Source of the DNA: Haplodiscus bocki
Lineage: Eukaryota
Length of the DNA: 64,000 nucleotides
Assembly (NCBI GenBank): GCA_965655095.1
Contig: OZ296650.1
Span: 134,168,001 to 134,232,000, forward strand
Direction of reading: 5' to 3'
Positions within the stretch are counted from its first letter, which is position 1. Each line of letters begins with the position of its first letter. Positions 46,012 through 59,666 of the stretch are shown piece by piece. The notes under the pieces are model-generated. The model worked only from the letters and a program-made list of their open reading frames with translations, made no database searches and was not told where the DNA came from. The position numbers and the translations under genes were made by a program.

Positions 46012-48105
46012 ACCGGTGAAAATCACCAGGTGGCGGTCACTGGAGAAGCACCTCTGAAATATGATATATTACTGATAGTCTTTTCTTCGAACACAGTAAT
46101 GAGTTTTGCAAATGCCTGTTTAATACATTGAAATTGAGCCTGTGAAATCTTCATTGAAATCGACAGGACATCAAGGACGAAGCTTGCACAAAGTTGGGCC
46201 CCGTTGTTTCTCCGTGTCGCTTCGCTAATCTACGAAACAACGGGGCGGGGCATTTAACAATTTGAATTTCGAATTTTTTTTTTTCAATTTTGGGCCAAAT
46301 TATGATTGTTTTTCCAGAAAATTTCAATACTTCAACCCACAAAAAAAGTTAAAAATCAGAAAAACTATGGAGTAAGAAAAATTAGGGGGGAAAACTGGAC
46401 AAAACATTTGCCAGATATGAATTCTACAATCAAAACCGAGGTTTTGGAAATTTTTAATTTTTTTTTCGAAAATTTCGTCATAACCGTCATTTCTTTCGGC
46501 AAAGTGGCCGAAAATTTTTCATCTTCGAAAAATTGCCTTTCAAGTTATGGAGTCGATTTCATACTGGAGCCACTCCAGAGGGCAAACTATGCACTTCAAT
46601 GTGGGAGCTATGACGACTTGGTCGATTTTCGGCATTTTTTTCCAACTTTGATCCGTCATATCTCAACACCTATGACGAGTTGGTAGAAAATTTTTTGCAT
46701 GCGTGTAGCCCTTAGTTATTCTGCTTCACACGAAAAGTTTCGGCCAAATGCACGTGGTTACTTGCAGGGCTGTTGGTAAAAAACTGCAAAATGTGGCCAA
46801 AAAACAGAATCATCCCGTCATAATTCCCCAAGCATTTTTGCTAGAATGATCTAACTTGCACCACTGTTCATAGATTTGTAAACTATGCCTGCATGCAAAG
46901 TTTGAGCGAAATCGTATGGGTGGGAGCTGAGATCGCGAATTCCCTATACCGTATGTGCGTATTTGTTATTTCTTATATTTTAACGCGAGGCAAAGGGGCC
47001 CCTCCCCCGCCTCGCGAGGACCTATGTGGGGCGCAATCCCCTGACCACCCAGTGGAGGCACCGGTGAAAATCACCAGGTGGCGGTCACTGGAGAAGCACC
47101 TCTAAAATATGAAATATTACTGATAGTCTTTTCTTCGAACACATTAATGAGTTTTGCAAATGCCTGTTTAATACATTGAAATTGAGCCTGTGAAATCTTC
47201 ATTGAAAACGACAGGACATTGAAGGCGAAGCTTCCAAACAGTTGGGCCCCGTTGTTTCTCCGTGGAGCTTCGCTAATCTCCGAAACAACGGGGCGGGGCA
47301 ATTAACAAATTGAATTTCGAATTTTTTTTTTCAATTTTGGGCCAAATTATGATTGTTTTTCCAGAAAATTTCAATACTTCAACCCACAAAAAAGGTTAAA
47401 ATTCAAAAAAACTATGCAGTAAGAAAATTTTGGGGGAAAATTGGACAAAACAATTGCCATATATGAATTCTACAATCAAAACTGAGTTCTTGGAAATTTT
47501 TAATTTTTTTTTCGAAAATTTCGTCATAACCGTCATTTCTTTCGGCAAAGTGGCCGAAAATTTGTCATCTTCGGAAAATTGCCTTTCAAGTTATGGAGTT
47601 GATTTCATACTGGAGCCACTGCAGAGGGCAAACTATGCACTTCAATGTGGGAGCTATGACGAAATGGTCGATTTTCGGCATTTTTTTCCAAATTTGATCC
47701 GTCATATCTCAACACCTATGACGAGTTGGTAAAAAATTTTTTGCATGTGTGTAGCCCTTAGTTATTCTGCTTCACACGAAAACTTTCGGCCAAATGCATG
47801 TGGTTACTTGCAGGGCTGTCGGTAAAAAACTGGAAAATGAGGCCAAAAAACAGAATCATCCCATCATAATTCCCCAACCATTTTTGCTAGAATGATCAAA
47901 CTTGTGCCATTGTTCTTAGAATTAAAAGTTATGCCCGCATGCAAAGTTTGATCCAAATCGTATGGGTGGGAGCTGAGATCGTTAATTCCCTATACCGTTT
48001 GTGCATATTTGTTTTTTCTTATATTTTAACGCGAGGCAAAGGGGCCCCTCCCCCGCCTCGCGAGGACCTATGTGGGGCGCAATCCCCTGACCACCCAGTG
48101 GAGGC
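46012..48105 (+). repeat. Two tandem type 2 non-autonomous mini-units (1048 and 1046 bp)
   Basis: Cores start at 45995, 47043 and 48089. Confidence 0.92.
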
Positions 48106-51100
48106 AACGGTGCAATTTACTAGAGGGCGGGATTTTTTCCATCCAACTTTCTTTTTCTGCATCAATTCTGGTGATTGGTCTGCAATTCTAAATTAAATTG
48201 TTGTTGTTATAAACTGGAAACTGTGGTTTGTTCTTTTTTACGAATCCTTTCTCCAGGCTCAAGATTAGCTCGCACAACGCAGATTCAACTGCTTTGTGCA
48301 CGGTTTGTTTCACACCGTAAATGTAGCTATGTTCTGCAAAACCTATGAAAGTTTCTTTTTTCTTTTGAAATTCGTGACAGCAGCAACGAAGGATGGCAAA
48401 CGTACTTTCCGATCGACTTTTTCCCGAAGTCAGCTCACAACGGTGAAGTAACAAATTCTCCATTTTATCAGCTGCAGAATTAAACTATAACTACACAGAC
48501 CTACCCCTGACCGGCTTCCATATCAATGGACGTCTTCAGTGGAGCTCCTTTCCATTCATTGAATCCAGATTTTTTGAAGAAATCATTTGTTTGCGCAATG
48601 AGATGTTCCCGAAGCATTTTTTGCTGTTTCTGGTTGCCTTTCTTTGTGCTTCAGAGGAACAAAATAGGTGTTATGTGCTATTGCAAATCAGTTTAATTTT
48701 TTTGAAACATGAAATTGTACATTTAGGAGTTCTGTACTAGAAAAATTCAACAATAGGAAGTTCTGCGCCAAAACCTTTCATCCAATATGTAACTATAATA
48801 TTCATATCTCGTCCAAAACATATATAGACCGTTTCATGCTTCCGGAAAATAACCAGATGAGAAAAAGTTACTGGCCACATTCATCATTGAATTGAGACAG
48901 TTGTTTTCATCAAATTATCGTAAACCAAGTATTATGACAACATGATGACCAACTTGATGACGGATCAGTACTATGAAGTCGATTGAATATGTACCTTTCA
49001 TTTATCAAGTCGTAAAAGTGGTATTTTCATTCTCTACATTTTCAGCTTTTGTCAACATAACACTTGGTTAATGGAAGCACTTTTAACAATATCTGAAGGT
49101 TACGTGTACAGTTAAAACGCTGCCCCTTCACTCTTGATGTCTTTTTTGAGTGTTTCCGGTTTTAAAGACTTTTTTTCTTTTACATACTGTTCAAAAGTGG
49201 TCGCGTTTTTCACAACCACTTTTATCGGAGTTTTTCGAAAGATCATATTTGATTGGTTCTGACGCATAGATATCGGAGTTTTACACTTTTTCAAATTAAC
49301 TTTGAAATGTTGTGTGAAAAAATCTTGTCGTTGTCAGAAAAAATTATCCGCGAACGAGCGATTTATGGGTGTGTTTTATTCCAAGAAGTCTTGACGAAGT
49401 TAGTTTTTGGATAGTGAATTTTTATATCAAATCATAAATTCTTTAAGGTCAGCTCCACATTGCCAATTTCTCATCCCTCATTGGAACCCTCTGAAGTAGA
49501 CAGTTTTGGTATGTGATTCGATCGTTTGAACTCTTCATCCTGTGAATCCTGACTCACTGAAGTCTCAACTGATAATGGTCGACATCTTTTGATCGCTGTC
49601 GATAAATTGTGCTATTTGTTTCGGGTGATTTACTTTACTGACGTTTTTTTGGACGAACAATGCTGGATAATGCTTGTAGAATCGTTGACTGACTACTAAG
49701 TATTGTTCCAAAATTTCCAATTTACAAGGGGAACTCCACTGTTATCAGCGTACATGAATTGTTATTGTGTTTGATGGAGCATGAGACGCGGGAAAAATTT
49801 GAAAAGTATACAACATAATCGTAACTTTAAAATCATCCCGATTGATGCCAAAGATGATTGCCGTTGAACGAACAGTGTCAACGGGCTCCTCAAAGCTGAG
49901 CGTGTCAATGGTTTTGCTCCGGAAGAGAAATTGTTTCCATTTATTTTTTACCCGTCTACTGCCTAGAAGCTACAAAGTGTTTACGTGCAAGTTCGCAGAC
50001 TCACATTACCTATAGTTTTCTAACAAACTTGACAGTTTGTGCTTCATTTCATCGTGTTTTTACTGATATTGAAAGTTCTTCATGTTTGTGTTGCCTGTGG
50101 GTTTCGTTCTTTTTTCCATGTGTTCAACCATTCAATCGGATTTACCATTTTTGGAAGGAAATTCAGGACCGAATGATCAAAACTGAGATCATATTATCGT
50201 TAGTTTTGACCACAAAAAATTTGTTTTCCCAACGAAACTGTTTGGATTCGCACGTGTTTTGTAGAGATGTTAGCGAAAAAACATTGCGTGTGGAAAAAAA
50301 TTATTGACGAAAACTACTGCTTGAACGTTCATAGCAAACTGTGTGTTATCTTTGGCGTTGAAGTACCACGCGTCTGACTGTGCATCAACTTTGAGACGCA
50401 CTTGTAAGCAAACGATTTCTGATTTTGTTCTTTAATTGTTCAAATGAAACTTTGACGAGTTAAAAGTGTAATCATGATTTTTCGCGGGGAGAAGACTGCC
50501 CCTCCTTTTTCTTGTTTCAAAGTTTCAAAAATCCAATCTCTTCTGTCCGATCATGAAATTGAATTTTTTATTTTTAGCAAGTTACATAATCGCCGTCGAT
50601 ATTATAGATCTAAATTTTATTGATCAACCGCTGCTGCAAGCATTTGTTTTGTCAGCTGACTCACTTGGTTCTGACAGCTTCCATAACCTCCGTTCCATGG
50701 AATGATTTTGGATGCCAGGGTTTTCTGAAGAGAGTGACAGGATTGTGAGAATCTTTCAATCATAGTTACCTAAGTTGTTAGGTTTTTGGGTTTTTTACAG
50801 GAAGATTTTTTTTCCGGAGGGAATTTTCACCTGTTGTCAGACTTCAGTCATAAACTATAGGGCGTAATTTCAGTTTGCCTGATTTAGTAGTTGGCTCTGG
50901 GAAAAACTTTATTTTTACTCCCTTTCTTTCCTGCTCATTTTTCATGATATGTTATTTTAAGTTAACTAAAGTGATAAAGTGCGCATTTTCTCAAACAGCT
51001 TAGGGAATTCGTATAGGTCGCCTCAACACTCATGCGTTCTCAATTGATTTTTCCAACTCAACATTCTTGGCTTTTAAGAACGATTGTGATGGGCAATGTA

Positions 51101-51566
51101 GTCTGATCCCCTCACAATTGGGCAAAAAAAATTGGGAATTAAGCGAACTCGCCGTGTACACAATACTAATTGACGGCAATCCGTAACATCGAGATATGTT
51201 CCACTTGTATGGGTGAACGGAAAAAAAGTTCATGCATACGATTTTTAAACACGATACAAGAGTCGCAATTAACACTAATTACAACGCCGCCTCTCCGAGT
51301 AAAAACCTGTTTGTTTTCTTTCTCTGATAATTGCCTTGGTTTTGCTTCGTTACCTGCGCAAAACCAAGGCCCACATTGCATATGTTTTTCTGGATACTGA
51401 TTTCCGAATTAATTAGATGCTTCCCTTAATTGAACAGTTTGAAAGCCGAGCAAAACGATGTCATTTTGTACGTTGGTTCTATAATGGCGCCAACTCTTTA
51501 CAATGTATTCACTATTAAAGATGAGTGATTGATAAACTTTTGCGCGAATTTGCTTGTGAAAGAGTA

Positions 51567-54500
51567 ATGCCATCTGGTAAGAGTGATTTTAAAAGACGTC
51601 GCTGTGCAAAATGTGGACGCTTCAGTGAACGTAATCACTCCTGTCCAAATAACACTGACAATGTTTCTTCTACTAGCGAACCATTAGGAATTTTGTACAG
51701 CATACCTGACAGTAATTTGCTGGTCTCCTCTGTTGATACCCTGCACTTAGAATCAACGTTGGAAGCGATGGGACTGTCCTGTTCCCCAACAAGCGGCATA
51801 ATTGTGAATAAAACTAACATTCGCCTCAGTTCTGTTCAACCCTCGCAGAGTCTTTCTATAACGGGTGATGGTAATTGTCTTTTCACTGCTCTGGGCGTAG
51901 CCGTCGGTTTATCTCATGAAAGTGGTCATGATTTGAGGAAACTTATTGTGAGTAACATGGACTCGGTGACTTTTCCGGAAAACAGTTTGCAAACCTCAAT
52001 CTATTCCGCTGAGTTCCCCAACCAGAACAAACTTCTCACCAGCCCAACTGTCAACCACTACCTGAAGACATCGCGAATGGCAGAAAATGGACTTTTTGGC
52101 ACTTGTGTGGAAATTTATACCTTTTGTCAAATTTTTAAATTGGACGTTTATGTATACCACAGTATTTTGAAAAGTTGGCTCGTTTACAAATGCGACTGCT
52201 CAAATGACAGACAAGGAGTTTTCATTCAACAAACGCGAACCGGAGATCACTTTGAGGTAATTAGTGGCTTGACCGAAACATACCACACTTCATTACTCCT
52301 ATCAGAAGATTTTGCTGGTTCGAGTAGTCAATGTGGAAATTCAGCAATGAATACTCAATGCCCCGGAATCCAGAAGACAGCACTTGCAGCACTTGATGAA
52401 ACTGAGCCCTTGCAGAAGCGCAGACGGACTTCAGATTATCCAGTCGCCAATTATTTGATCGAGAATGGAGAAATTAAAACAACTTTGACAACTTTTTGTT
52501 TGGCCGAAGCTCTTTGTGCTGGAGGAAATACTACAACGCAATGTAAAGGCCCTCCTCCAACTGCTCTGCAACATCGACAACATCAATTTCACAGATTGCC
52601 TGGGGACGAGTTAACTGATGAGATTTTTTTGAAATTAACTGAAAACTTTGTACCATCATCGAAACTACCTGAAGAATCAACCGTTGAAATTGAGTCAAAA
52701 TTGGTTGTGACAGATACCGTCAATGGCGCTGACATTTGTTGCAAGTGCATGCGGGAAGCCACGGTTTATTTTCCACTGGACATTAAGGCCTACAGCAATG
52801 CTGGATTGGTTAATAGAAAGTTCGGTAGGAAGCTGAAAAACGAAGTTGTACATCTGTGTTGTTCCTGTTACAGCTATTGTACTGCACCAAAGGTTGACTG
52901 GCAAATGGCTTGGCCAGCTGTTTTTTTCACGCTCCTTTCTGATACTTCCAAGACAGAAGCTTGTTTAGTCGCTATTTGCTCGTTGTTACCGCTGGAAATA
53001 AGGCAACATTGGCTGGGGGTAATAACCCTTTTCCCTATCTGCATCCAGTGTGTTTTAAATCGGCCGCGTATTCTTGGCACATGTACTGTTGATGGAACAC
53101 GGAGATTGGAACGTTTCGAGCAATTAATGAAAACAATGAGACAAAAAGAAATGGCTGAAGCTTTGGACTCTGAACCGTATCCAAACATACGTTGCCCTTT
53201 TGGTTGTTGGACGTTTATCGAAGATCCCGGGTACATACCAGCACAGCATTTTATAAACTTGATAGACAGAACTTTCACATCATTCCAAGCGTCTGCATTC
53301 AAGAAACTCAGAGGCGCTAGACTCGACTTCCTGTGTCCTTTGATGTGCTTAGAGACGTTTCTAGTGGCTGCCACAGTGCGGTTACATGAGAAAGAAGGTT
53401 TGGTTGTGCAAACTTGTTCTGCGCATGACAGGGGATGTGCGTTACAGTTCTTGCATCCCCCCAGGCATCCGGAGCTGGGACGAATTCCAACTTTGTTTGA
53501 GGAACGATTAGCTATTGCATCACCTTCATTGTCGTGTGTGAGTAGCTTAAAGGCTAATTATGCTAGCCACACCTACCAACTGTTTCGGAGCGTTGGGTCT
53601 TATAGTGGTATGAGTACTGTTTCGTTGAGACGTAAACGGCGTTGGAACATCACTAGCAATCGTTTGTTCCAAGCTGAAAGAACCGCCACGTTTTTCAGGT
53701 CAGATATTCCCATTTTAATTAGACAATGGGTTGTTCAAGGTAAAGTGATTGAAGATGTCGCCACTGATCTCTCTCAATATCAGCCGAAAAATGAAAAATT
53801 GATGGAGCATGTCGGCGTAGATCTTGACACCTGCATTCGATTGACGAAGGTGATGGACAAAAACGAACAAGAACTTTTGAGTAATGTGAAATTTCTACAG
53901 TGCTACGCTTTGGCTCAACCAAACAATGAACATGGTTGCTCACCTCCTCCTCTGATCAATGATACTGGAGATACACTCTGGTTTCTTCAAGCGGCATGCT
54001 GCATATCTCCAATTTTATGTTCATCCATGGTGTCTGGCGTTAATCACGTTTTGGCAAAAAATATGTTTTCACTGTTGCGTCATACATTTGCTCGGTTTGG
54101 AAAAGAAAGCAAGTTGCAGCGTATTTCAGAAGCTCAAGCTGACATTGACAGTATATTGAATAACGCGGCAACTAACAATGACAACCCAATCCTAATTTCA
54201 AACTTTTTGCAGGCGGGTGGCGTGGTGTTGCACGCATTATGTGCTGACTTATGCCATCTGCAGTTGAGCCAAAGAATAGAATTGACTGAGAAAATTCTGC
54301 GCGACGTAAAAGTGGATACGAAACACGTGATTGCTACAACAACTGATGTAAACAATCTGAGGAACAAGGTCAACCCACCTCTCAACATCGTCCTATTTGA
54401 TGTCCAATTTGAGCTTGTGGGATGTGGTTGCGGTTCTCGGGGTACAGATGCTGTAATTTTGCTTCGGCATGGTGGTCGCTTCTGCAATTTTTGGCATATA

Positions 54501-57500
54501 CTCAAAGCTAACAAGTTTGCTGAACCTTTGTTGGACTCACCTGAGACCTTAGTAGAAAAAATTCTACGAGGCTACTGGACGTTTTTAATCTACCGAGGAA
54601 CTAACTCTAAAAAGGTGTCGACTGTAAAGTGGCACTATCTCAGTAATTTAACCGGCCAAGGAGTTTTCATTTGTGACAAACATGATGTTCCGTTAACAAA
54701 GGACTTCCGACGTAGTAACTACTTCTGTCGATGTGGAAGGTCATCATTCCTCAGATGTGCCTACTCAAAGTGCAACAGTTGTGTGTGTAAGAAACACTTC
54801 GACGAGGGAATGAAACATCCGAACTTACGAGTTTTAGTTGCACCTCTAGCAGAACGAAAATTAACGCCTGAAGTACCGAACGCTGAAGCTGCAATCAATC
54901 CCACACAGTGTGAACTGAATTCCAACATAGCTAGTGTATGTGATGAGGACAAAAGCTTTGTTGAACCAGATTTATCCACCAACTGTTTAAGTCAAAACTC
55001 AAGTTCATCGGTAGCTTCTTTTCTGTGCAACAACATGAACGCAAACTCGATCAGCGAAAGTCAATTGGCCATGAATAAATTGAACGTTTGTTCGGGTGAA
55101 AGGGCCATTGTTGCTGTACAAGAGGCTTCCAGAGAAGAAGATTACAATATTCCTCTCCACATACTGTTGAATTCACGATGCAACTTACTGCACAGGAAAA
55201 GAAGTCATCCCATTTCCCTAACCGTTAAAGAGAAACGTTTTATGGAAAACATAACAGCTTCCTCAACATCATCAACGCCTTTGCTTCAACCGGAAGGGCT
55301 GCTTTTCCCTACTATTTTCTGGTCCCAAAGTTTCGATGGCAGCATTGAAGGTGCAATTCCAATATCCCTGTTCCAATCCGAAAAATACAACAAACAAGTG
55401 GGGTTTGCAGGTTTAGAAAACATGCTGCGAACTCGCATCACTGATGGGTCACTTTTAACCTCCAGTCACGCATCATATCTGCAGTTCGTTTTTGATTGTC
55501 TTCTTAATTTACAACTGAGTAAAACCGATATTCGGATTGTGTTGAACAGAGGCTGGCAGGAATTGGGCAGTAAGCCTACAAATTACCAGTACTACTCCGC
55601 TGAAACGTTCAAGTTCGATTGTGAAGAATCCCGGAAAAATGTCTGTGAAGTAGCAGCACTTATTAGAGATAAAAACCCCACTTATTTTGTTACATACACA
55701 TGTGGGCAATCTACTCACCCCGGCTTGCGCAAAATTTTCGAGGCTATTGACAAACTTTACCCGCCCGATATGACATCCAAAGAATTGAGATTATCTGTAA
55801 TACAAAGTGAATTAATGCCTATGCTTAGATGTTGGCATCGCGCCTCACAGTATGTAATGCAATGGTTGAAGTGTTCGGCCGAGCAACCTCTGGGACCAGT
55901 CTCCCACTTATGGATGAGGTACGAGTGGCAAGATGAAACTTCGGCCTTTCCACACATCCATGCACTAGTGTGTACAGGAGAAAACAAGTTTGGTCCGGAA
56001 GTTCAATCCCGAGTCTGCTGTTCTAAAGAAACATTCATGGGCGCCTTGAACGATTGTTGTCCAGCGTTATCGGATAGCGAACGGTTCCGGTTGGGAGAAC
56101 TTTTCCAAAAATACCAACGGCACGATTGTGGCAAGGGCAAAAATAGATGTAAAAAGAAAACTGATTGGTTGGGAAAGCCAGTGTGTAGAGTACCTAAATA
56201 TCCTGCATCCGTTGGGTTCTCTTACAAGCAAATACAACCTAATTACTCGGAAGAAACTTGGGACTTGTTGAGAGCCATGAAATTGTCCTATATTGACCCT
56301 AACTCTTCAACAGACAAAGCTGAGGAAGAACTGAAAGCTGGAAAGCATCACTACCCTGCTGCTTACAACGAGCACATTTCACCAACAAATGCAGCTTTGT
56401 TTGCCTTCACTGAAAGTAGTACGAACGTCCAAATTTGTGACGACGAAATGTGTTCACGCTACGTTGCAAAGTATGCTGCCGGCGTGGAAGGTCGGGCGTT
56501 CACAAAAATAGTAGCGTCTGCTGGTGAGGATGAAGTGAAAGTCCAAACGGAACCTATTGTGAACGAAAAAATAGCTGGTGTCCAAACCAGCGTTACCAAA
56601 AAACGTCGGGATGATGATAAACGGAAATCTGTAACAGGAAGAATTGTTAGCATAACTGAATGCTTGTGGTGGGCTTTGCAGTTGCCATACGTTTGCACAA
56701 ACGTAGATTTCATTCATGTACCAACAGTTCCGAAAGAGTTCAGATCTGGAATAGTGATAGAAAAACAAATTGCGAGGACGATGAACTTCAGTGCTGTTTT
56801 TGCCGAAGCTGTTCGAATTCGGAAAAACGTTTTGAAGCTTCCAAAACATCGACAATTAACAAGAAATCAAGAATTGTTGTTGGCAGATGTCGAAGCAAGT
56901 TCGATTACGCCTGACAAAGTGACTATTTTTGGCCTTAGACCACCGGAACTTTTGTTTGTCAGCAGTTTGAAAAGTTATTTTAGTTGGTTCGTTAGATTCA
57001 AAATCAACAGCTCGAAAGGGAAAAGTAGTCATGAGATTTTGTTGAGCCGTGCATCGTGTAATGACTTTTGGGTTGATTGTCTTGGATACGCTATCAAGAT
57101 ACGCCCACCCGCAATTTCTGATTTTCTTGATTTTTGTTCAACGAGAAGTGATAACCGGAGAGACGAAGTTTTGAAACAGGAGTGCCGCAAACATGTTCTC
57201 CCCAAATTGCAAGGAACCAACAGTTGACCCAGACTGGTGGCGTACAATCATTGTTTTTCAGATCAAAAAGCCATAGTGGTTTTCACAAATACTCTACCCA
57301 GTAGTCCAACAAAGTTCTTGTTGCATTTTGTGCTAACTTTTGGTTCGTTTGACACCGAACTTGACATTCTCGCAGTTTCCTCTCTCAGGGAATCTTTTAT
57401 AGCTGCCAAACTGGTGGAGCGTAACAACATTACTGTTGCAGTCGTGCTTCAACTAGCTCGCCGCTATCTATTGCAACAGCTCCGCTTTGTGCCGGGATCC

Positions 57501-59666
57501 TCTAAACTCATTGACAAGTTTTTGTTGATGGCAAATAGCGTTCTGGGAGAGGCACTGTTAGAAAACAACTTATATTTTGCATCCGGGGTACCAGCTGTTT
57601 TGGATCGCACAATCTCTGCCGACTCCGAAGAAAATGTTGCTGTAGATTTGACAATCAGCAAGAGTAGATTGGTGGAGTTCTTACACACATGTCAAACGGG
57701 ACTTCCAAGCGAAGAAAGTATGATTGATGCTTCCCTAACTGCGCCCGTTGATTGGAAACCGGACTTTGGTAGACATCCTAGCCAAACAGTGACATCGTAC
57801 TGTGAACAGAGTAAGATTTTGAAATATTTAGTTGAAATCGTGGACTTGTACAGAGGAGGAACACAAAATTTTGTGAGACATCAAATCATCGCTGGGGCAC
57901 CAGGAACGGGAAAAACATTCATCATGTTGAGAGCTCTGAGTTATGCAATATGTCAAGGACTCAATTGCATGGTAACTTCACTAGCGGCCGAAAGGTCGGC
58001 TGCTTTAGGTGGCAAGCATCTAAATGCTCTCATTCCTTTCCCGGTGGAGAAAAATGGAACTGTTAATTCTTTGTCTCGAGTAGCTTTGTCCAGCTTGCAG
58101 AAATCACCGGACAGAAGTCGGTTTCTCCAAAACTTAGATGTATTGTTTGTTGAAGAAATTTCGATGATCTCTAGTGAACTTTGGGCTGCGACGGACCACG
58201 TTTTCCAAATCATCTGCTCAAACTACGTGCCATTCGCTGGCAAACTAATCATTGCAACCGGAGATTTTTTTCAACTCCCTCCACCAAAAGGAAGTTGTCT
58301 GATCAGTTCTTCATTCCCTCTAACGACTTTTCATTTTAGTTTTCTCCAGCACTTTGTGCGTATGCAAAATGAAACGGGTCAAAAAGTTTTGTCACTGATG
58401 TCAACTTTTCCAAGAACAACTGCCATCGGAAACCAAATTTGGAGTTTGATTGAGCGAAATTGCAATTTCGTAGATTGCTGGGATGACGTACCAAATGATA
58501 CAATTCGAATTTTTGCTACTCGCAAAGCGGAAAGATATGCGACGTTCAAGAAATTTATTCAGGTGAAAGACAGTGGTTCCCAGTTCTATGAAAGTTCATC
58601 GACAGATGAAATGTGTGTGTCAAGTACGGACAACTGGATAGAAGCTTCTGGACCTGCAACAAAGTTTCTAAATAAGAAATGCTTGGAGTCACAATCATTG
58701 TTTCTGTTCCCCGGAGCAATTCTTCGACTCACCGTGAACAAGCCAAATGTGATGGCTTTCCAAGGACAACTGTGTGTTTGGGTTTCACTGGACTCGTTGG
58801 CTGACAACGGAACAGTAACTGTTGCCTTGGCCCCTGCTGGTTGCCGATCCATTCCACCACTCTCTGTAATACGAAGATCCTGGAGATGCATTGTTCTCGC
58901 AAAGGAAATCGGAGTTAACATTCGTCTAAACCACAGAACTATTTGTCGCAGAATCCAATTTCCCCTCAAATTGTACGTAGCGTCAACTATTCACAAAACT
59001 ATGGGCGAAACACTCCCAACAGTTGCTACGCAGATTGTTGGAGCTCAAGAGTTTTCTCTTTGGCTGCCGGAGCAACTATACGTAGTAATGAGTCGTGTTC
59101 GATCACTGGCGGATATCACTTTCGTGGGATCGAAGCAGTCCAACGAAGGAGCCATCCTGAGTTTGTTGTGTAAAAAGTCACAGTGGTCGGAGCTGACTAC
59201 CGAGATCCTCCAAAAGTGTTCTTCCCGTGACCCAACAATCTTCCATGGCTCTACAGACCCCTTTCCGTCAACCATCAGTATACCGCAAGAGAATGTTGGC
59301 TACTGTTATGTTATTCAGAGCGTCCCACAAAACAACTTGTTATATATTGGTTCAACAATGTGCCTGAATCGACGAATTCGTGAACATAATGTTGGCTTGG
59401 GAGCTTCATTCACGCATGATCCCTCTCGAAGACCTTGGGTTTTGTGTGCTTACGTGACCGGCTTTCTTGCAAGCAGCTCCACGGAGAGAATAAGGTTTTT
59501 TGAAAAACAGTGGCTTGGGGCAGTCACTAAAGTGCTTAACTTGAGGAAGAAGAACATCTCCCTCCCGAATGCATTGTCAGCAGCAGAAAACTTAATCATG
59601 AATTGGCCTCATAAAGAAGATGTCCTGAAGTTGGTAATTTGCTGTAATCAGCCCATATTGCATTAG
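51567..59666 (+). pseudogene. OTU-Rep-PIF1 helicase-GIY-YIG polyprotein of element D with one in-frame TGA at 57225-57227
   Basis: ORFs 51525-57227 and 57237-59666 are in the same frame and together are colinear with the C protein. All motifs are present (GDGNCLF, YFVTYTC, FPHIH, RYVAKY, GAPGTGKT, FVEEISM, LYIGST). Confidence 0.85.

Noticed and set aside
46306-47732. 100-126-aa ORFs within type 2 mini-units
   Set aside because: Their starts and lengths depend on homopolymer run length, they have no recognisable motifs, and they recur only because the DNA is repeated.
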